Origin: an uncultured bacterium
GTDB taxonomy: Bacteria; Acidobacteriota; Thermoanaerobaculia; Multivoradales; JAHZIX01
Length of the DNA stretch: 64,000 bases
Assembly (NCBI GenBank): GCA_965368975.1
Contig: CBDUPA010000003.1
Span: 64,001 to 128,000 of the forward strand
Direction: 5' to 3'
Part shown: positions 58,572-64,000 of the stretch, one piece after another
Numbering within the stretch: position 1 is the first letter of the stretch
How the letters are laid out: every line of letters begins with the position of its first letter
Position numbers and translations under genes: made by a program
The notes under the pieces: generated by a model
Seen by the model: only the letters and a program-made list of their open reading frames with translations
What the model was told of the DNA's origin: nothing
Databases searched by the model: none

Positions 58572-59389
58572 AGAAGGACGAAGAAGAAGGCAGAAATCAG
58601 CAGATTGCGCGCCAAGGTGTTGGAAAACCGTGGAGTCTGTGCGCTGTCGAATTCGAGTATTGGCTCTTCGGGCGGTCGAGCCAGCAGCTGGTGGACCTCG
58701 CGCACGGGGATGGCGAAATTCAGGTTCTGCGATAGGTAATACTGGCTGACTACCACGCCGACCACCGCACCGCGGCGGTCGAGCACGGGGGAACCGCTGG
58801 AGCCGGGGGAGATGCCCGCGGTGATCTGCAGCAGCACGGCATCCGGTACCGCGGAGGCCAGGCTGGTGTCGTCGAAGCCTTCTGCGAGCTCGGTCAGTGG
58901 CCGTTGCGCGGCGACGATCCCGGTAGAGACGCTACCGCCGAGTCCCAGGGGGCTTCCGATGACGAGGATCGGTTCGCCTTGCTCGGCGAGCGACGGAGCG
59001 GCCAACGCCAGGCCGGGGGGGCGGCTCGGCCCTGAGGCTGGAGCCGATTCCTGGTCCTCTTGCTGGCGCAGTTCGAGCACGGCCAAGTCGTATTCGCGGT
59101 CCGCAGCCACAATACGCTCGATGGCAGCCTCGCTGCCGTCGGCCAGCACCGCGCGGAGGTTGCGCACCCCGGAGACGACATGCCAGTTGGTGATGACGCG
59201 CCCGTCTTGCAGAAAGAAGCCGGTACCGGTGCTCTCACCGCCAAGGTCCGTCTGACCACGCAGCAATACGACAGAATCTCGGTGCTCGCGCACCAGCTGC
59301 TTGAGCAAGTCGGGGTCGAAAGTCTGAGCCCCGGCGGTGGCGCTCACAGTCAACAGCAGGCAGCCGGCGAGCCAGCGCAACGCTCTCAT
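58544..59389 (-). CDS. Trypsin-like (S1C) serine protease with signal peptide and C-terminal membrane anchor
   Basis: GTGF, ITNWHVV, DLAVL, GSSGSP, NFAIP; C-terminal LLISAFFFVLLWLTYRRLR; ORF extends to 59413. Confidence 0.88.
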   Translation of the reverse strand: MRALRWLAGCLLLTVSATAGAQTFDPDLLKQLVREHRDSVVLLRGQTDLGGESTGTGFFLQDGRVITNWHVVSGVRNLRAVLADGSEAAIERIVAADREYDLAVLELRQQEDQESAPASGPSRPPGLALAAPSLAEQGEPILVIGSPLGLGGSVSTGIVAAQRPLTELAEGFDDTSLASAVPDAVLLQITAGISPGSSGSPVLDRRGAVVGVVVSQYYLSQNLNFAIPVREVHQLLARPPEEPILEFDSAQTPRFSNTLARNLLISAFFFVLLWLTYRRLR

Positions 59390-59522
59390 GGTCCAGAGCA
59401 TCTCACGATTCACGGCACTTTGGCAGATGATCCAGAATTGTTCTAAGGTAGACGGTTGTCCCCCTCCTCTTGGGTTGGCGAGAAGCAGTAATGCCGGTGT
59501 CGTAACCGGTCAATGAGATGAA

Positions 59523-62500
59523 ATGCAAAGGGTCCTGGTAGACGTACGGTTGATGGGCGCCCGGCAGCCGGCGGCCATTGCGGTGGCGGCGGGACGGCGT
59601 GTCCTCAGCTATGGCGAGTTGATCCGGCGTGCCGCGCTCCTGGCCGCCTACCTACGCCAGCGCGGAGCCGGCGCGGAGAAGCTGGTGGCTGTGCGCATGG
59701 AGCGGGGCTGTGATCTGGCGGTGGCGCTGCTCGCGGTCGACCAGGCCGGCGCTTGCTGGCTGCCGCTACCACCCGAGATTCCACTGCCTCGCGCACGGCA
59801 GCTGGCTCGGCGAGCGCGCGCCGGGTTGGTGCTCGTCGCGGAGGCCAGCGCGGCTCGTGGCCTGGAGTTGCCGGTGGTTTGCCTGCGCTGCCACGCGCAC
59901 GGGATCGCGGCTTCCTCGCCGGCCGAGCCGGTCGAGGTGCACCCGCAGGCCGCCGCCTATGTGCTGGCCACCTCGGGTACTGGCGGTCGTGCCAAGCTGG
60001 TCGAAGTCAGTCACGGCGCGCGCTCCTTCCACGCCCGCCGGGTCGCCGAAGCGTTTCGCCTGCGTCCTGACGATCGGGTCGCGCAGCTGGCATCCCCGGC
60101 CTTCGACGTATCCCTGGAAGAGATGCTACCGACGTGGGTCAGCGGTGGCTGCGTCGTGGCTTGGAGCGGAGCAGCTGCGATCACGGCACGCGCGCTGGAT
60201 CGCTGGACACGGGCGCGGCAGGTGACGGTCTGCAACCCGGCAGCTTCGCTGTGGCACGCGTGGGTGCACCTGGGCCGCGACGTGCCGGCGCTCGCCGCAT
60301 CGCTGCGGCTGGTGGTGACGGGTAGTGAGGCGGTCGAGACGGCGGCGCTGTCGATCTGGCGCCAGCAGCAGGTGTCGCCCGAACATCCTCGCTGGCTCAA
60401 TGCTTTTGGCACGACCGAGACGGCCGTCACCAGCCTTCTCTTCGAAGCACCTCCGCGACTGCCGCCAGCGGCCGTGACGGATCTTCACGTGCCGATCGGA
60501 TCGCCGCTCGACGGGGTCGAGGTCAGGATCTGCGACCGCCGGGGCGAGCAGGTCGAGCCCGGCGGCGAAGGCGAGCTATGGCTGAGCGGACCAGGGCTGG
60601 CACGCGGCTACCGCGGAGATCCGGCGCGCACCGCCGACGCGTTCCGCCCCCACCCGAAGGGCGATGGCGAACGTTTCTATCGGACCGGGGATCGCGTGTG
60701 CCGCCGGATCGACGGCGGACCCCTGCAGTGGCTCGGCCGCTTCGACGCGCAGGTCAAGATCCGTGGGGTCCGCGTCCAGCCCGGCGAGGTGGCTGCTTGC
60801 CTGGCCGAGCACCCAGGTGTGGCCGAAGCTTTCGTCGTACCGGCGGGGCAGGGTGGGCTGGGAACCGAGCCACGGTTGGTTGCCTACGTCGTGCCGCGGC
60901 GGATAGAGGTCCGGGTGGAGCGTCGCGTCGCACAGCACCTGGAGCGTCAACGACAGGTCTATGAAGCCCTGCACGAGGCGGCCACACCGCAGCACGACGA
61001 CGACTTCGCGGGCTGGAACAGTAGCTTCACCGGCGAGGCGATCGCGCCCGAGTCCATGCGGGCCTGGCAGGCGCTGGCGCTAGCACGAATCCGCCGGCTG
61101 CATCCGCGCCGGCTGCTCGACGTGGGCTGCGGTGAGGGGCTCCTGTTGCGACCGTTGTTGGCCGACGGCATCGAGGCCGTCGGCGTCGACGCTTCGGCAG
61201 CGGCGCTGGGGCGCCTTCGACGCCGGCTGGAGCAGGATCGGAGGCCCGTCTTGGTCGAGGCCGCCGCGCACGACCTGGGAGATCTCGACGGCCAGCGCCC
61301 CTTCGACACCATCGTGCTCAACTCCGTGGTTCAACACTTCCCGAGTGTCGAGTACCTGTTGCGCGTGCTCGACGCTACGGTGGAGCGGCTGGCAGCCGGC
61401 GGCTGCCTGTTCGTCGGGGATGTGCGGAGCTTGCCTCTGCAACCACTGTTGGCCGTCGCGATCGAACTGCAGCGCTCCGGTGCCTCGACATCACTGGCGG
61501 AGCTTCGGCGGCGCGTCGACGACCGCTGCCGCGGCGAGCGCGAGCTGCTGGTCGACCCACGCTGGTTCCCGCAGCTGCGCCGACGCTGGCCACGCCTGAC
61601 TTGGTGGCGCATCGAACCGAAGGTTGCGCGACCGGAAGATCGGACCTTCGCTGCCGGAGCGGCATTGGATCGAGAGCTGGCCGATTTCCGTTATGACGTC
61701 ACTCTCGGTTTCGACACCCCTCCACCGGTGCACCTCGCCGTGCCGCAAGCCGCCGCGAGTGCAGCGCGCGGCGGTGAAGCTCCTGCTGGAATCGAGGCGC
61801 GATTGCGGCAGGAACCCGGTGATTGGGTGGTGCTGCAGGCCTTGATCCATCGACGCCTGGAGCCTGAAGTCGCGGCGTTGCGCTGGCTTCGCCTGTCCGG
61901 CGCAGACCCGGGTGCGGAGATCGAGGTTCCAGCGACCGTTGGTGACCTGCGCGCACGTCTGGCGGCGCTGCCGCGGGTCGGTGTCGACCCCGACGACGTC
62001 GCCGAGCTGGCCGCGCGGCTGGGTTGGCAACATGCCTTCAGCTGGCAGTGCGGCGGCCAGGAGGGAGCCTTCGATGCGGTCTTCTGGCGTGCAGGCCACT
62101 CGGTGCCCGTCGAATCTCGGAAGGACCGGGCTGACGGGTATGGCGACGGGCCCGACCGGCTCGAGCCAGATCCTTGGCTCGACGGGCAGGTCTTGACCAA
62201 CGATCCGCGACTCCCGGAGCTGGCGGAGAGTCTGCCGCCGCTTCTACAGGCGCACGCCGCGGCGCACTTGCCAGCAGCCTTGCGGCCCGCGGCCTACGTC
62301 GTCCTGGCGGCGCTACCACGCACCGTCTCGGGCAAGCCGGATCGGGCCGCCCTGCCCGCGGCCCGATCCGAGCGGCCCGGCTGGTTGGGTCCCTGGCAAG
62401 CACCACGGCCGGGACTGGAGACCGAACTGGCACGGCGCTGGAGTGACCTGTTGGCGATTGAGCCGATCGGGCGCCTGGACGGTTTCTTTGAACTCGGTGG

Positions 62501-64000
62501 TCATTCGCTGAGCGCGGCTCGACTGCTCGAACGGGTCCAGCTGGACTTCGGTGTCGAACTCTCGCTGGCGGCACTCTTCGCCGCGCCGCGTTTGTGTGAC
62601 GTCGCGGCACGTCTCAGCGAGGCAGAGCAAGCCGCGGGCAGTCCTTCGAAAGGTTCCTCGGAAACGAGTCGCAGTCGCAGTCGCCGGCAGGGTCTGTCGT
62701 GGCCGCAGCGGGAGCTGTGGCTGGCCTGGCGACGTGCCCCGGACAGCACTGCCTTCTCGGTCCCGTCATCCTGCCGGGTCGAGGCGGCGCTGGCGTCCGT
62801 CCTGGTAGCCTGGCAGCGGTTGCAGCTGGAGCATCCAGTCCTCCGCTGCCGCGTCGAGAGAGGCGCTGGCAGTGGTGCCGGCAGTGGTGCCGGAAGTGGT
62901 GAGCCGAGGCTGGTGGCCGGGCCCTTCTTGCCGCTTCGTGTGCTCGATCTACAGGGGCTGCCCGTGGCTCGGCGCGCCGAAGAATGTCGGCGCCTGGCCC
63001 GCCATCTCGTGGCACTGCCGTTCGATCTGGAAGCCGGGCCGTGTGGCCGAGCCGTCCTGGTTGGAGAAGGCCGAAGCGCGACCTTGTTGACGGTCTTCCA
63101 TCACCTGATCTTCGACGGCCGTTCCGCCGACGTTCTACCCGACATGCTCTCCAACCTGATGGCACGGCAAAGCGCCGGGCCGGGTGCGGTCGGTTTCGAC
63201 CAGGACGAGCCCGTGGAACTCTCCGAGGCGGTTCAGGACTACTGGCGACCTCGGTTGCGGCCTGTGGCTGCGGCCTTGACTCCGGATCGACCGGGTTCGG
63301 ACACGGATTCGACGGCGTCCGTGGCCTGGGGGCTACGCTTGCCGGCGGCGGTGACCGCCGAGCTGCGAGAGCAAGGGCGGCAGGCGGGAGACCCGCCGCT
63401 TGGTACCTGGTTGAGCTGGCTCCTGGTGACGCTGCGGCGCTGGGCAGGTCGGGAGGTTGCAGCCACCATCGCCGTCGACGGCCGTCCGAGGGTTCCTCCG
63501 ACGGCTTCCTCGACTTTGGGGATGTTCGTGCGTACGCTGCTGGTCCGTCCATGGTTCGCAGCAGCGTCAGCCCTGGCGGATGAGGCCTTGGTCGACGTCC
63601 GGGCCGAAGTCGGCGCCGAGTTGCGCCGCGTCTTCGACGGACTCGACATTCCCCTGGAGCACCTTCGGCACGCGTTCGGCGGTGGCGAGGAAAGCGGGGC
63701 TCTGTCCGCCGTCAGCGTGGTGCTGCACGATGCCGGGGGGCGACCAGGCGCGGACGGGGAATCACCGCCGGCAGGCAGTCACCGTGCGTCCGCGGGGATT
63801 CGCGCCGTGCCCTGGCCCGGGCCGTGGCCAGCGACGGCACCGCCCGGACCGTCGATCCCCTGGTGGACGGTACGCGCGGACCTGGAGATTCACCTGTGGC
63901 CGCTGCCTGCCGCGGCTGGAGCTGGGACCTCGGAAGGACTCGGAGGGCTGGTGCTCGGTCGTCGCGCGCTGTATGACTGGACGACCATCCAGCGCCTGAC
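59523..64000 (+). CDS. Non-ribosomal peptide synthetase: A domain with embedded methyltransferase, T, C; runs off the window
   Basis: Read by hand; all motifs fall in one frame: LSYGEL, YVLATSGTGGRAK, FDVS, NAFGTTE, YRTGD, QVKIRG, GWNSSFTG/LDVGCGEG (MT), SGKPDR, FFELGGHSL, HHLIFDG, GMFVRTL. Confidence 0.92.
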   Translation, partial: MQRVLVDVRLMGARQPAAIAVAAGRRVLSYGELIRRAALLAAYLRQRGAGAEKLVAVRMERGCDLAVALLAVDQAGACWLPLPPEIPLPRARQLARRARAGLVLVAEASAARGLELPVVCLRCHAHGIAASSPAEPVEVHPQAAAYVLATSGTGGRAKLVEVSHGARSFHARRVAEAFRLRPDDRVAQLASPAFDVSLEEMLPTWVSGGCVVAWSGAAAITARALDRWTRARQVTVCNPAASLWHAWVHLGRDVPALAASLRLVVTGSEAVETAALSIWRQQQVSPEHPRWLNAFGTTETAVTSLLFEAPPRLPPAAVTDLHVPIGSPLDGVEVRICDRRGEQVEPGGEGELWLSGPGLARGYRGDPARTADAFRPHPKGDGERFYRTGDRVCRRIDGGPLQWLGRFDAQVKIRGVRVQPGEVAACLAEHPGVAEAFVVPAGQGGLGTEPRLVAYVVPRRIEVRVERRVAQHLERQRQVYEALHEAATPQHDDDFAGWNSSFTGEAIAPESMRAWQALALARIRRLHPRRLLDVGCGEGLLLRPLLADGIEAVGVDASAAALGRLRRRLEQDRRPVLVEAAAHDLGDLDGQRPFDTIVLNSVVQHFPSVEYLLRVLDATVERLAAGGCLFVGDVRSLPLQPLLAVAIELQRSGASTSLAELRRRVDDRCRGERELLVDPRWFPQLRRRWPRLTWWRIEPKVARPEDRTFAAGAALDRELADFRYDVTLGFDTPPPVHLAVPQAAASAARGGEAPAGIEARLRQEPGDWVVLQALIHRRLEPEVAALRWLRLSGADPGAEIEVPATVGDLRARLAALPRVGVDPDDVAELAARLGWQHAFSWQCGGQEGAFDAVFWRAGHSVPVESRKDRADGYGDGPDRLEPDPWLDGQVLTNDPRLPELAESLPPLLQAHAAAHLPAALRPAAYVVLAALPRTVSGKPDRAALPAARSERPGWLGPWQAPRPGLETELARRWSDLLAIEPIGRLDGFFELGGHSLSAARLLERVQLDFGVELSLAALFAAPRLCDVAARLSEAEQAAGSPSKGSSETSRSRSRRQGLSWPQRELWLAWRRAPDSTAFSVPSSCRVEAALASVLVAWQRLQLEHPVLRCRVERGAGSGAGSGAGSGEPRLVAGPFLPLRVLDLQGLPVARRAEECRRLARHLVALPFDLEAGPCGRAVLVGEGRSATLLTVFHHLIFDGRSADVLPDMLSNLMARQSAGPGAVGFDQDEPVELSEAVQDYWRPRLRPVAAALTPDRPGSDTDSTASVAWGLRLPAAVTAELREQGRQAGDPPLGTWLSWLLVTLRRWAGREVAATIAVDGRPRVPPTASSTLGMFVRTLLVRPWFAAASALADEALVDVRAEVGAELRRVFDGLDIPLEHLRHAFGGGEESGALSAVSVVLHDAGGRPGADGESPPAGSHRASAGIRAVPWPGPWPATAPPGPSIPWWTVRADLEIHLWPLPAAAGAGTSEGLGGLVLGRRALYDWTTIQRL

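Noticed and set aside
59605-63999. Many short ORFs in the track across the last 4.4 kb
   Set aside because: All are shadows of the single NRPS frame starting at 59523, which has no stop in the window.

Overview
High-GC bacterial chromosome segment; the gene content suggests Acidobacteriota (Thermoanaerobaculia-like), which is inference only. It opens with the 3' part of a DUF6519/beta-helix gene of the kind found in contractile-injection/tail-like loci. Housekeeping blocks follow: aroC, aspS-aroB, HD-GYP-roadblock-ftsY-ribD-ribE-ltaE, a surface-glycan block, trmJ, mlaEFD-like genes and phhA/phhB. The window ends in an NRPS (A-methyltransferase-T-C) that runs off the edge and is missing from the supplied ORF track. 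The most notable locus is 39.3-49.6 kb: a SARP/BTAD-ATPase regulator sits divergent from a ~1300-aa SdrD-B repeat surface protein. Next comes a lasso-peptide operon (cyclase, precursor with a polyproline tail, HPr-kinase-like enzyme) with no B1/B2 leader-processing genes in the window. A CCTGAC-N5-CCTGAC direct repeat (one half-site CCTGAT) occurs three times in SARP-like promoter geometry, linking the surface protein and the lasso operon into one putative regulon. Other oddities: a eukaryote-like ZZ zinc finger fused to a trypsin protease, divergent from a catalytically dead PatA-like subtilase; a Cys-less SplB-like/PolX-8kDa fusion in the rib operon; and two structured ncRNA candidates. All family assignments are by eye from motifs; no searches were run.
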